Shown: positions 12,759-21,989, counted from the first letter of the stretch. The stretch: DNA of 64,000 bases from an uncultured delta proteobacterium (GCA_963776345.1 CAVZMH010000016.1:128001-192000); one strand, 5' to 3'. Translations and numbers: made by a program. The notes: generated by a model not told the origin, from the sequence alone.

Positions 12759-13844
12759 ATGCAGGTTCCTCCAGCGATGCCGAGGCGGCGGTTCGACCTG
12801 CGCGCCGTGGGCCGCCGCGTGTTCGGCGCGCGGCCCGGACGCAGGCTCTACCTCGTCGTGGCCGCGGCGATCTTCGTCCTGGTCGTCTGGGGGGTATGCA
12901 CGGTCTACGTGCGGCCCAACGAGTTCGCGGTGAAGCAGGTCACCGTCGGGCGCCACAAGGGCATCCTCCCCGAGGTCTACTACCCGGGGCTCCACTTCGT
13001 GAGCCCGGGCACCGAGCGGCTCCACGTCTTCCCCACCGACCTCCAGTCGCTCGACCTCACCAACGACCCCACCGAGCGGCCCAAGGACGACAAGCGGGTC
13101 ACGCCGGCGATCAACATCCAGACCTCGGAGGGCTACACCGTCACGGTGGACGTCTCGGTGCTCTACCGCATCGAGGACCCCTACAAGGTCCTGACCACCA
13201 TCGGCCCGGGGAAGCTGTTCGAGGACGCGCTGGTGATCCCCCGCACCGAGCAGCTGCTCCGCAAGCGGCTCGGCGAGCTGGACGCCGAGGAGTTCTACGA
13301 CGTCCACAAGCGGATGGCGCGATCCCACAACGTCCGGGAGGAGATCAACGCCGAGCTGGTGCCCAACGGGATCCGGGTGACCCACATCTTCCTGCGGCGC
13401 TACGCGTACGACGGCCGCTACCAGGCCGCCATCGAGCAGCGGAAGATCCAGGACCAGACGGTCTTCAAGAACATCGCCGAGGCCGAGCTGTCCACCGCCA
13501 CTGCCGAGCGCGACCGGGTGGTGGCCCTGGGACAGGCGGCGGTGCGGGTGGAGCTCTCCCGCGGGGACGCGGAGAAGAAGAAGCTCGACGCCGAGGCGGA
13601 CCTCTACTCCCGCCGGCAGCGCGCCGCGGGCGAGCTGGCGGTGTCGCTGGCCGAGGCCGAGGGCACGCGCCTGGAGAACGAGGCCCTCCGCGGCGTCGGG
13701 GCCGAGAACCTGGTGGGGCTGAAGATGGCGGAGGTCCTCCGAGGGACCAGGGTCATCGTGGTGCCCACCGACGGGGAGTCGGGCGTCAACCCGCTCGACC
13801 TCCGCTCCGCGCTGAAGCGCTTCGACGTGAAGGGGGGCCCATGA
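12759..13844 (+). CDS. SPFH/Band 7 domain protein with N-terminal TM anchor and coiled-coil tail
   Basis: TM helix, then YVRPNEFAV, PGLHF, IQTSEGYTVTVDVSVLYRI, YQAAIEQRKIQDQ and an AEA-rich tail; start uncertain (12750 GTG, 12759 or later ATG). Confidence 0.85.
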   Translation: MQVPPAMPRRRFDLRAVGRRVFGARPGRRLYLVVAAAIFVLVVWGVCTVYVRPNEFAVKQVTVGRHKGILPEVYYPGLHFVSPGTERLHVFPTDLQSLDLTNDPTERPKDDKRVTPAINIQTSEGYTVTVDVSVLYRIEDPYKVLTTIGPGKLFEDALVIPRTEQLLRKRLGELDAEEFYDVHKRMARSHNVREEINAELVPNGIRVTHIFLRRYAYDGRYQAAIEQRKIQDQTVFKNIAEAELSTATAERDRVVALGQAAVRVELSRGDAEKKKLDAEADLYSRRQRAAGELAVSLAEAEGTRLENEALRGVGAENLVGLKMAEVLRGTRVIVVPTDGESGVNPLDLRSALKRFDVKGGP

Positions 13845-14905
13845 TGAGACGCCTGCTCTGGCCCTTGCTCCTCTCGCTGCCGCTGGCGGGCTGCACCTGC
13901 CACTCCACTCACAGCACCGAGGTCGGAGTGCTGACCCGCCGGGCAAGCCTCGGCGGGCTGCTCGGAAAGCCGGGCATCCAGACCGAGGTGTACGCGCCCG
14001 GAGCGACGTACATCTTCCCGGTCTTCCTCACCGACTGGCACACCTTCGACGTCTCGCTGCAAAATCTGGTGATGATCCGGGACCCGAAGAAGGGTGGAGA
14101 CCGGAACGCCGAGGACGATCTCTTCTTCAAGACCATCGACGGAAACGACATCCGGGTGGACGTGACGGTGGCCTGGGCCGTCGACCCGAGGCGCGCGCCG
14201 TATCTCCTGAACAAGGTGGGCGACAGCACCGACCAGGTGAAGGAGAAGCTGGTGCGTCCCGCGTGCCGGAGCGTGGTGCGCGACGTCCTGAACTCGCTCC
14301 GGAGCGAGGAGTTCTACGTCTCCGAGAAGCGCTTCGCCAAGGCAGCCGAGGCGCGGGATCTCCTGGCGGCGGTGCTCGAGCCCGAGGGGATCCTGGTGCG
14401 GCAGGTGATCCTCGGCGAGCACCACTTCAGCCCCGAGTACGAGAAGGTCATCCGGGACAAGAAGCTGGCCGAGCAGAACAGCGAGCGGATGCGGAGCGAG
14501 GCCCGCGCCGCGGCCGAGCAGGTGAAGAGCGAGCTGCAGAAGGCGAAGGGCACCGTGAACCAGCAGCTCGCCGCCGCCCAGGGCACGCTGGACACCGCCA
14601 GGCTCGCCGCCGACGCTCAGCTGTTCCAGAACCAGAAGCAGGCCGAGGCGCTGGTGGCGGAGAAGAAGGCCCGCGCCCAGGGGGTCAGGAAGCAGAACGA
14701 GGCGCTCGCCGGGAGCGGCGGGACGGCGCTGGTGAAGCTGAAGATCGCCGAGGCCCTCGCCGGGAAGGATCTCTTCTTCCTGCCCGGCGGCAAGTCGGGC
14801 GTGGGCATCCAGACGCTCAACCTGAACCAGCTGCTGCAGGCGGTCACCGCGCAGCAGGCGGTGCAGTCCGTGGAGCCCACCAAGCCGGCCGAGACCGTGC
14901 GCTGA
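13841..14905 (+). CDS. SPFH/Band 7 domain lipoprotein
   Basis: Signal peptide ending in lipobox LAGC; EVGV, FKTIDGNDIRVDVTVAW, FSPEYEKVIRDKKLAEQ, coiled-coil tail; ATGA-coupled to the previous gene. Confidence 0.85.
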   Translation: MMRRLLWPLLLSLPLAGCTCHSTHSTEVGVLTRRASLGGLLGKPGIQTEVYAPGATYIFPVFLTDWHTFDVSLQNLVMIRDPKKGGDRNAEDDLFFKTIDGNDIRVDVTVAWAVDPRRAPYLLNKVGDSTDQVKEKLVRPACRSVVRDVLNSLRSEEFYVSEKRFAKAAEARDLLAAVLEPEGILVRQVILGEHHFSPEYEKVIRDKKLAEQNSERMRSEARAAAEQVKSELQKAKGTVNQQLAAAQGTLDTARLAADAQLFQNQKQAEALVAEKKARAQGVRKQNEALAGSGGTALVKLKIAEALAGKDLFFLPGGKSGVGIQTLNLNQLLQAVTAQQAVQSVEPTKPAETVR

Positions 14906-14981
14906 GCAGCTCCGGGCTGAGGTAGCCTGTCGCCGTGCGACGCGCGCCGGCGGTGGAGCTCGCAGTGGCGGGAGGGCGACC

Positions 14982-16565
14982 ATGACCGCCCCGGCGCACC
15001 CGCGCATCTCGTACGACACCGTCCCCTACCCCACCTTCGCGCAGCGGCAGACGCATCCCGACCGCCTCGCGGTCCAGGCCACGCTCCTGGGGATGACGCC
15101 GGCGCCGGTGGAGCGGTGCCGCGTGCTGGAGATCGCCTGCGGCGATGGCAGCAACCTCGTCCCCATGGCCTTCCATCTTCCGGGGAGCGAGTTCGTCGGC
15201 GTCGACCGCGCCGGCGCCCCGATCGAGCGCGCGCGGGGCATGGCCGCGGACCTCGGGCTGGGGAACGTCCGCTTCCTCCGGTGCGACCTCGCCGAGCTGC
15301 CGGCGGACCTGGGCTCGTTCGACTACCTCATCGCCCACGGCGTCTACTCCTGGGTCTCGCCGGAGGTGCAGGACGCGCTCCTCGCGGCGTGCCATCGGCA
15401 CCTCTCCGCCCGGGGCATCGGGTACGTCAGCTACAACACCTACCCGGGCAACCACCTCCGCCAGATGGTCCGGGAGATGATGCTCTTTCACCTGCGCGGG
15501 GTGGACGATCCCGCCCGCCTCCTGGAGCAGGGCATCGCCCTGGCGCGCTTCGTGGCCGAGTCGCAGTCGAGCCCCGACGCCTACGGCCAGCTCCTCCGCA
15601 TCGAGCTGGAGCGCTTCCTCAGCGTGGACGGCAACTACCTGCTCCACGACACGCTGGAGGAGCACAACCTCCCGCTCTACTTCCACGAGTTCGCCGAGCG
15701 CGCCTCGCGGCATGGGCTGCAGTACCTCGCCGAGGCCGACTTCCACGAGATGCTGGACTGGGGGTTCCAGCCCGAGGTCTCCAAGACCCTCGGCCAGCTG
15801 GGCAGCAACCGCATCGCGCGCGAGCAGTACCTGGACTTCCTCAAGTGCCGCTGCTTCCGGCAGACCCTCCTCTGCCACCAGGACATCCCGCTCGACCTCT
15901 CGCTCCGACCCGAGCTGGCCCGCCGCTTCCTGATCGCCGGCCCCTCCCGCCCGGAGACGGACCAGGTCGACCTCGACCGGCGCACGCCCCAGCGCTTCGT
16001 CCATCCGCAGGGGGCCTCCCTCCGCACCGACTGGCCCGTGGCCAAGGCGGCGCTCCTGCTCCTCGGCGAGCGCTGGCCCCGGGCCCTCCCCTTCGACGAG
16101 CTGCTCCGCCTCTCGCTCGCCGGCGTCCCGGAGGGGGCCGCCGGCCTGTCCGAGCCGGACGCCGCGGACGAGCTCGGCGCGATGCTGCTGCGCGCCTACG
16201 CCTCGGGGCTGGTCGAGCTGCACCTGCACGCGCCCGTCGCCCCGCCCGCCTCCGAGGGGAAGCCGGTGGCCAGCGCGCTCACCCGGTGGGAGGTGCGCTC
16301 CGGCCGGCGGCGGGTCACCGGGCTCTACCACTCCACGATGGCGGTCGACGACGAGCCCACCGCCCGGCTGCTGGCGTGGGCCGACGGCTCGCGCACCAGG
16401 ACCGCGCTGCGCGAGGCGCTCGCCGAGAGCCTGTCCCGGCCGGGGGAGATCCGCATGCCCGACGGAGCGCCCGCGGCGTCCATCGAGCAGGCGAGGAGCT
16501 TCCTGGTCGGGTCCTTCGATCGGACGGTGGACCGGCTGGTCCGGATGGGGCTGCTGGTCGCCTGA
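14982..16565 (+). CDS. Class I SAM-dependent methyltransferase with methyltransferase regulatory domain (rickettsial PKMT-like architecture)
   Basis: YDTVPYP..QTHPDRL, RVLEIACGDGSNL, FDYLIAHGVYSWV, SYNTYPG, YLLHD.LEE.N.PLYFHEF, EQYLDFL..R.FRQTLLC. Confidence 0.85.
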   Translation: MTAPAHPRISYDTVPYPTFAQRQTHPDRLAVQATLLGMTPAPVERCRVLEIACGDGSNLVPMAFHLPGSEFVGVDRAGAPIERARGMAADLGLGNVRFLRCDLAELPADLGSFDYLIAHGVYSWVSPEVQDALLAACHRHLSARGIGYVSYNTYPGNHLRQMVREMMLFHLRGVDDPARLLEQGIALARFVAESQSSPDAYGQLLRIELERFLSVDGNYLLHDTLEEHNLPLYFHEFAERASRHGLQYLAEADFHEMLDWGFQPEVSKTLGQLGSNRIAREQYLDFLKCRCFRQTLLCHQDIPLDLSLRPELARRFLIAGPSRPETDQVDLDRRTPQRFVHPQGASLRTDWPVAKAALLLLGERWPRALPFDELLRLSLAGVPEGAAGLSEPDAADELGAMLLRAYASGLVELHLHAPVAPPASEGKPVASALTRWEVRSGRRRVTGLYHSTMAVDDEPTARLLAWADGSRTRTALREALAESLSRPGEIRMPDGAPAASIEQARSFLVGSFDRTVDRLVRMGLLVA

Positions 16566-16589
16566 GCGAGAGGCCGGACCGCCCGAGGG

Positions 16590-17657
16590 TCAGTCCGAGC
16601 TGCCGGAGCCGCCGGACGCGCCGAAGGCGATCCGCTCGCAGTACATCTCACCCTTGATGGTGCGGTACTTCTCGGCCGCGTTGGCGTTCACCGGCGCGAC
16701 CCGGAAGACCCCCAGGTGGCTGAAGCTCAGGGTGAACAGCGGACGGAGGCGGGCGTCGAGGTAGTCCAGCGTCCCGCTCCGCTCCCGGTCGTCCCCGTTG
16801 TTGCCCTGGACGACGAAGTCCTGGTGCCAGTCGTAGAAGGACTGCGCGTGGCTGTCGGGGACGGTCACCACCAGGTCGGAGAAATCCACGCCCGCCGGCT
16901 GCTTCTGGACGTCGCGCGTCTCTCCGACCGCGTTCTCCACGATCTTCTGCTTGATGGTGATGGCCTCGATCTTCAGGGCGCGCGAGGTCGCGTCGGCGAG
17001 CCCGTCGATCTTCAGCTTGAAGTCGGAGGTGCGCCACTTGTCCGCGACGATGTCGAACTTGATCGCCGCGCCGCTGCCCTTCTTGGTCCGGGTGAGCTCG
17101 GGGGAGAACTTCACCGTCATCTTGGCCGTCGCGCGCGAGGAGGCGTCGAGCGCCGGCAGGTCCACCTCGGAGAGGAGCGCGTTCGAGAACTCGAGACGGG
17201 AGAGCTCCCGGGCGCTCTGGTCGGACTCGATCACCGCGCCGGTCTTCGGCTTCGGCTGCAGGGTGAGGGTGTCCTGGATCCACTGGTAGAAGGCCTTGCT
17301 CATCCCGGTGCCGCAGTTGACCGTGATGTCCTCGTACTTGATCGCGCCGATGTGCTTCTTGGCGAAGCCATCGGGTCCGACCTTCTCGGTCACCACGTCG
17401 CCCACCGCGCTCCCGCCGTCCACGGACTGGATCCAGCCGGCGAAGGACCCGTCCAGCTCCAGCCCGAACTTCGCGGTGGCGCGCGAGGCGAAGCGCAGGG
17501 CGGCCTCGTCGCTCGCGACGGCGGCGGTCGCATCGGCCGCCGCCGGATCCCCCGGGGCACCCGCGTTCTCCGCAGCAGCGACTCCGCAGCCCGTCCCGGC
17601 GACGGCGGCGGCGGTGACGCCGAGCGCCTTCAGGAACTCTCGCCGGTCGTTCGACAT
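16590..17657 (-). CDS. Tat-signal protein with two tandem phage tail-tube (T4 gp19/Afp1-like) domains
   Basis: N-terminus MSNDRREFLK + hydrophobic stretch + possible lipobox GTGC. Repeat 1: FGLELDG..GW...G..KYEDITV..G..S..FYQW..GAVI..D..E..R.EF.NA...PALDA. Repeat 2: FKLKIDG..P..VDFSDLVV..FYDW..RSGTL.YLD. Confidence 0.75.
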   Translation of the reverse strand: MSNDRREFLKALGVTAAAVAGTGCGVAAAENAGAPGDPAAADATAAVASDEAALRFASRATAKFGLELDGSFAGWIQSVDGGSAVGDVVTEKVGPDGFAKKHIGAIKYEDITVNCGTGMSKAFYQWIQDTLTLQPKPKTGAVIESDQSARELSRLEFSNALLSEVDLPALDASSRATAKMTVKFSPELTRTKKGSGAAIKFDIVADKWRTSDFKLKIDGLADATSRALKIEAITIKQKIVENAVGETRDVQKQPAGVDFSDLVVTVPDSHAQSFYDWHQDFVVQGNNGDDRERSGTLDYLDARLRPLFTLSFSHLGVFRVAPVNANAAEKYRTIKGEMYCERIAFGASGGSGSSD

Positions 17658-17770
17658 CCGTAGACCCCCGGTCCAGAGGGGGAACGGTTCCACACCCGCT
17701 CGGCCGCCCGCAAGACGCGGGGCCCCGGAAGCCGCGCTCGGGCCCGGGTCCGTTTCACCCCTGGGCGAGT

Positions 17771-18268
17771 TCAGGGGGCGCGATCGAGCGTGTTGCTGCC
17801 CGAGATCTCGCAGGTGAACGTGCCGAGGGTGCTGGTCTGCGTGGCATCGAGGCTGAAGACCTCGATCATCTGCGAGGCGTCGCTGGGCTTGAGCTCCATG
17901 AGCAGGCTCTTGAGCTTGTAGAGCGTGGTCATCGGGTTGCCGAGCCCATCGGTCCCGCTCACGGTGCACTCCTCGCCGGCCACTCCGCCGGCGTGCGTCG
18001 CGGTGGTCTGGACGACCTTGAACCGGCAGCCGTCGGGGTTCTTGCGCACGAGGGTCCCGGCCTCGTCGACAATCTGGAAGCCGCTTCGCGTGAGGTCGAC
18101 CGTGCGCGAGGTCGTGTAGCAGTTGACGAAGCTGAAGGAGCCCTGCTGGTACTGCCACACGCCTAGGAAGCCCGCCCCGCCTCCACCGCCGCCACCACCC
18201 CCGCCGCACGAGGCCAGCAGCCCCAAGGTGAGCAGCAGCATCGAGGCCGGGCGAAGGAATGAGCGCAT
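17771..18268 (-). CDS. Lipoprotein with Gly10 linker and beta-rich domain containing 4 Cys
   Basis: MRSFLRP..LLLTLGLLASC lipobox, then G10 and GFLGVWQY (lipocalin-like GxW start). Confidence 0.75.
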   Translation of the reverse strand: MRSFLRPASMLLLTLGLLASCGGGGGGGGGGAGFLGVWQYQQGSFSFVNCYTTSRTVDLTRSGFQIVDEAGTLVRKNPDGCRFKVVQTTATHAGGVAGEECTVSGTDGLGNPMTTLYKLKSLLMELKPSDASQMIEVFSLDATQTSTLGTFTCEISGSNTLDRAP

Positions 18269-18287
18269 GATCGCTGCGCTCCGGGAC

Positions 18288-18303
18288 AGCAAGGCCTGTG
18301 CCT
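18288..18303 (-). promoter_or_regulatory. Candidate sigma-54 (-24/-12) promoter
   Basis: Minus strand AGGCACAGGCCTTGCT = GG-N10-GC, close to TGGCACNNNNNTTGCW; only about 20 bp above the lipoprotein start. Confidence 0.4.
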
Positions 18304-18618
18304 CGCGAGCCTGGGCGCCGTGCCCGCCGGTTGCGCAAGGGTGGCGCACGGGCGCCACCGTCGACGTCCCGGCGCGCATGCATTGCGCTCCCGCAAGCCG
18401 ATGCCATTCCTTGCGGTCGCAGCGGGCACACCGCGACTCATCTCGATCTGCAGCACGGCGCGACACGCTTTTCGGGCAACCTGTTGCGCAGATGGCTACG
18501 CCCGGCGATCGCTCCTCAGCGTTTCCCGTGACTTGAGCGTGGCCTCGCCGATGCAGTGAGGACCGGGCGGACCGGACAACGAGGTCCTCCCCCGAGTCCA
18601 GTTCGAAAGGAGCCCGCC

Positions 18619-18795
18619 ATGTCCACCACCGTGTCGACGCTGTTCTCCTCCTCGTTCAGGAACCACGGCCTCGGCCTCCTCGTCGCCGGCGTCATCTTCT
18701 TCCTCGTCGGTGTCGGCGGGTCCGGCGCGCTCTATGGCAGCTACGTGCAGACCGCCTCAGCGCAGGTTCCCGCCGTGACGTCGGCGAGGGTCTAG
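18619..18795 (+). CDS. Small (58 aa) single-TM protein
   Basis: Strong RBS AAAGGAG before ATG; one hydrophobic helix GLGLLVAGVIFFLVGVGG; high GC3. Confidence 0.6.
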   Translation: MSTTVSTLFSSSFRNHGLGLLVAGVIFFLVGVGGSGALYGSYVQTASAQVPAVTSARV

Positions 18796-18868
18796 CGTCC
18801 AGATCCGCCCCGGCGCGCAGGGCGAGGACGGTCCCGGCTCACCTGCTTCGATCCGGGCGGGAACGACG

Positions 18869-20644
18869 TCAATGCGCCGGGCTGGCGCCCGGTCGGTCAG
18901 CGGACGGAGGTGTTGGGGGCACGGCGAGGACCGGCTCACGGGGCTTCTCCGGCGCTGCTGTCCCCAGGAGTTGCTCGCGCACGGGTCGGCGCAGGAGCTT
19001 GCCGATCAGCGAGCGCGGCAGCTCGTCGACGAAGGCGATTCGCCGGGGCACGGCGTAGGGCGAGAGGCGCTCCCCCGCCCACGCCCTCACCTGCTCGAGG
19101 CTGACCCGCGGGACCCCCGCGACGGGGACGATCGCCGCGACCACGAGTTCCCCGCTCGTCCCGCCGGGCAGTCCGACGACGGCGACGTCGCTCACCCCCG
19201 GCATCAACCGGAGAATCTCCTCGACCTGCGAGGGGAAGACCTTGAACCCACCAGAGATGATGACTTCCTTGATGCGGTCGGTGAGGACGACGAAGCCGTC
19301 GTCGAGGTGGACCAGGTCTCCGGTGCGCAGCCACCCGCCGGGAAGCATGACCTTCGCGGTCTCCTCGGGCCGGCCGAAGTACCCCTGGCATACCTGGGGG
19401 CCGCGGACGACCAGCTCGCCGAGCTGCCCGGCCGGTACCTCGGTGGCCGGGTCCTCCGGGTCGACGATCCGGAACTCCGTCGACGGGAACGGCAGCCCCA
19501 GCGTCCCCGGGCGGCGCGCCGCCGACAGCGGGTTGCCCATGATGACCGGTGAGCACTCGGTCATCCCGTAGCCTTCGGAGATGAGGCCGCCGGTGACGCG
19601 CTCCCACCGCTCCGCGATCTTGTGGTCGAGCGCCATGGCGCCAGAGATGGAGAAGCGGATCGAGCGAAGGTCAATCCCCCTGTCCTCGGCAGCCCGCGCC
19701 ACCCGGTCGAACATCGGTGGCACGCCGGGGAAGAACGTCGCCGGGTGACGCTTCATCGCCGCGAAGAGCAGGTCCACGTCGAACTTCGGCACGATGAGCT
19801 GCGTCGCCCCGAGGCGCACCGCGAACGTCAGACACAGGGTGAGGCCGAAGGCGTGGAAGAACGGCAGCACGGAGAACACCGTCTCGTTGCCCTCCTCCAT
19901 CCCCTGGACCCAGGCGATGCCCTGCAGCGCGTTGGCCACGAGGTTTCGGTGGCTCAAGGACACGGCCTTGGGCGTACCGGTGGTACCCCCGGTATGCAGG
20001 AGGACGGCGAGGTCTTCCGATGCCGGCTCGGCGTACCCCGCAGAGAGCGGCGGGGCGTAGGCCACGGCGTCGTCCCAGCTGAGGACCCCTCTGGGCACCG
20101 GGCCACGGAGCGCGTCACGCTGCTTGCGCGCCGCGGCGAGGGGCAGCTTGAGCAGGAACCGCGAGCGCCAGGGCAGCGCGGCCGTGAGGTCCACGGAGAA
20201 GACTTTCCGGCCGCGGAGATCACCGTCTGGCGCCACCTGGCCGAGCGTCTTTTCCCAGGCGATGACGAACCGGGCCCCGTGAGCCGCGAGCTGGGCCTGC
20301 AGCTCGGGCGCTGGAGCGAGCGGGTTGTGCTCGGCGACCACGGCTCCGAGGCGGAGCACGGCGTAGAAAGCCACCACGTGCTGGGGGCAGTTCGGCAGCA
20401 CCAGCGCGACCCGGTCGCCGGGGCGGACACCGGCGGCCGCCAGCATTCCGGCGGCACGGGAAACGGCTTCAGCCGCCTCGGCGTAAGTCGTCTCGCCACC
20501 CAGGAAGTCGAAGGCGATTCTATCGGGCCACCGACGGGCTGCGTCCTCGAGAAAACGGCTCACCGGGACGTCCGGGATCTGGACCTCGGCGGGTACGCCA
20601 GGGGCGTAATGCGGTCGGGCGGCGACAGGCTCGGAAGAGAGCAC
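18869..20644 (-). CDS. Long-chain fatty-acid--CoA ligase (AMP-binding)
   Basis: LLHTGGTTGTPKAV, EGYGMTE, GWLRTGD, DRIKEVIISGGFKVFP, LPRSLIGKLLRR; GAAAGGAG RBS before GTG. Confidence 0.92.
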   Translation of the reverse strand: MLSSEPVAARPHYAPGVPAEVQIPDVPVSRFLEDAARRWPDRIAFDFLGGETTYAEAAEAVSRAAGMLAAAGVRPGDRVALVLPNCPQHVVAFYAVLRLGAVVAEHNPLAPAPELQAQLAAHGARFVIAWEKTLGQVAPDGDLRGRKVFSVDLTAALPWRSRFLLKLPLAAARKQRDALRGPVPRGVLSWDDAVAYAPPLSAGYAEPASEDLAVLLHTGGTTGTPKAVSLSHRNLVANALQGIAWVQGMEEGNETVFSVLPFFHAFGLTLCLTFAVRLGATQLIVPKFDVDLLFAAMKRHPATFFPGVPPMFDRVARAAEDRGIDLRSIRFSISGAMALDHKIAERWERVTGGLISEGYGMTECSPVIMGNPLSAARRPGTLGLPFPSTEFRIVDPEDPATEVPAGQLGELVVRGPQVCQGYFGRPEETAKVMLPGGWLRTGDLVHLDDGFVVLTDRIKEVIISGGFKVFPSQVEEILRLMPGVSDVAVVGLPGGTSGELVVAAIVPVAGVPRVSLEQVRAWAGERLSPYAVPRRIAFVDELPRSLIGKLLRRPVREQLLGTAAPEKPREPVLAVPPTPPSADRPGASPAH

Positions 20645-20962
20645 GGTTCCGCTCCTTTCAGGCCCGGCATCGGAGCGAATTTGCCGGATTGCCAAGCCTT
20701 GAAGAAGGTAACGCAGGCTGGGGCGAGCGCACGCCGCACCGGTGCAGCCGTCCACCTTGCACCGGGGCGCTGTGACCTGCCGTTCTCCGGAGAACGGCGG
20801 TTGTTCTTCCGTCTAGGCGCGCAATCCCTGCACTGGGAGCAGTATGGGTTTCCCGTCCGCGCAAGCCCTTCACGAAGCTTGAGCGCCCTCCTCGCAAGCG
20901 CAACCGGCTTTGAAAATGCAGCCAGTTGAACCTCGGTAGCCGCCTGCCTGCGGGGAGCCGTC

Positions 20963-21961
20963 ATGCCCTGGCGTCGAGCCACTCCGGTCCTCGGGTTCGT
21001 GGTCCTCTGCACTGCCTGCAGCGGGAATGGCGAGGAGCAGGAGCCGCCCTACCTGAGCGTCAACCCGAGCCGCCTGACCATGACTCCCGGCGACCCGCCG
21101 TACACGTTCGCCGCGGACATCATCGAGGGCGGCCCCGCGGACAGCGCCACCGAGGTGTACTGGACCTTGACGGGGCGCGGGACCCTGGGTGCCACCGCAG
21201 GCTCCACGACCACGTACACACCGCCGGACCGGGCCCCGCCCGGGGAGACGGTCACCCTGACGGCGCAATGGCATGACCAGGTGCGCGATGCGGTGATCAC
21301 CCTGTCGCCTCCCCCGGTCGACGTGTCGGGCCGGGTGGTCGAATCCGACGGCCGCGCGATCGCGGGCGCTCGGGTCGAGACCAACCCCTATAGTCCGTAC
21401 GGGCGCTTGCAAACGGCGACCGACGCGTCCGGGAGCTTCAGGCTCGGCGCACTCCGCATCCCGTACGATGTCATCGTCGTCGCGCCTGACAGGGTGACGA
21501 TCGGGATGTTCGAGGGACTGCTCCGCGGGGATCCAAGACTGGTCCTGGTCCGGAGGACGGACGCGGAGGCCGCCGCCACGCGCGCAACACCGGTGAGCGC
21601 CAGCACGCCACTGGCCCTCCCCGCCACGCAGCTCGAGCCGCCGCCGGGCGCGACGGACGTCATCTTCAGGAACGGCGATCCTCACTTCACGTGGACGGCG
21701 TTCCCAGGTGGACTGACGGTCGTCGCGCTGGCCGGACCGCCCGGCGGCTTGTTCGTCTCGATCGTCGCGGCGGGAACCACGTCTTACTCTCCCGACGTCT
21801 GGGAATTCCGGCCGAACGGCGAGACGTGGATTTGGCGGGTGTTCGGCATCGGCGGGGTCGGCACCGTCGACGCGTTCACCGGCTTCCCCACCGACGAAGG
21901 AACGACGTTCACGGTCAGCGAGCCGTGGACATTGACCTTCCGTCACTATGAGGCATTTTGA
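20963..21961 (+). CDS. Lipoprotein with Ig-like and carboxypeptidase-regulatory-like domains
   Basis: Lipobox CTAC; VSGRVV..DGRAIAGARV..TDASGSFRL; paralog of 41252..42839. Confidence 0.7.
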   Translation: MPWRRATPVLGFVVLCTACSGNGEEQEPPYLSVNPSRLTMTPGDPPYTFAADIIEGGPADSATEVYWTLTGRGTLGATAGSTTTYTPPDRAPPGETVTLTAQWHDQVRDAVITLSPPPVDVSGRVVESDGRAIAGARVETNPYSPYGRLQTATDASGSFRLGALRIPYDVIVVAPDRVTIGMFEGLLRGDPRLVLVRRTDAEAAATRATPVSASTPLALPATQLEPPPGATDVIFRNGDPHFTWTAFPGGLTVVALAGPPGGLFVSIVAAGTTSYSPDVWEFRPNGETWIWRVFGIGGVGTVDAFTGFPTDEGTTFTVSEPWTLTFRHYEAF

Positions 21962-21989
21962 AATCTGGGGAAGAATACCTGGGACGTGC

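Noticed and set aside
18175..18206. Poly-Gly tract as a phase-variable simple repeat
   Set aside because: Encoded by mixed GGC/GGG/GGT/GGA codons, so it is a protein linker and not a slippage tract.
18392..18407. TGGCATCGGCTTGC as a sigma-54 promoter
   Set aside because: GG-to-GC spacing is 9 nt, not the required 10.
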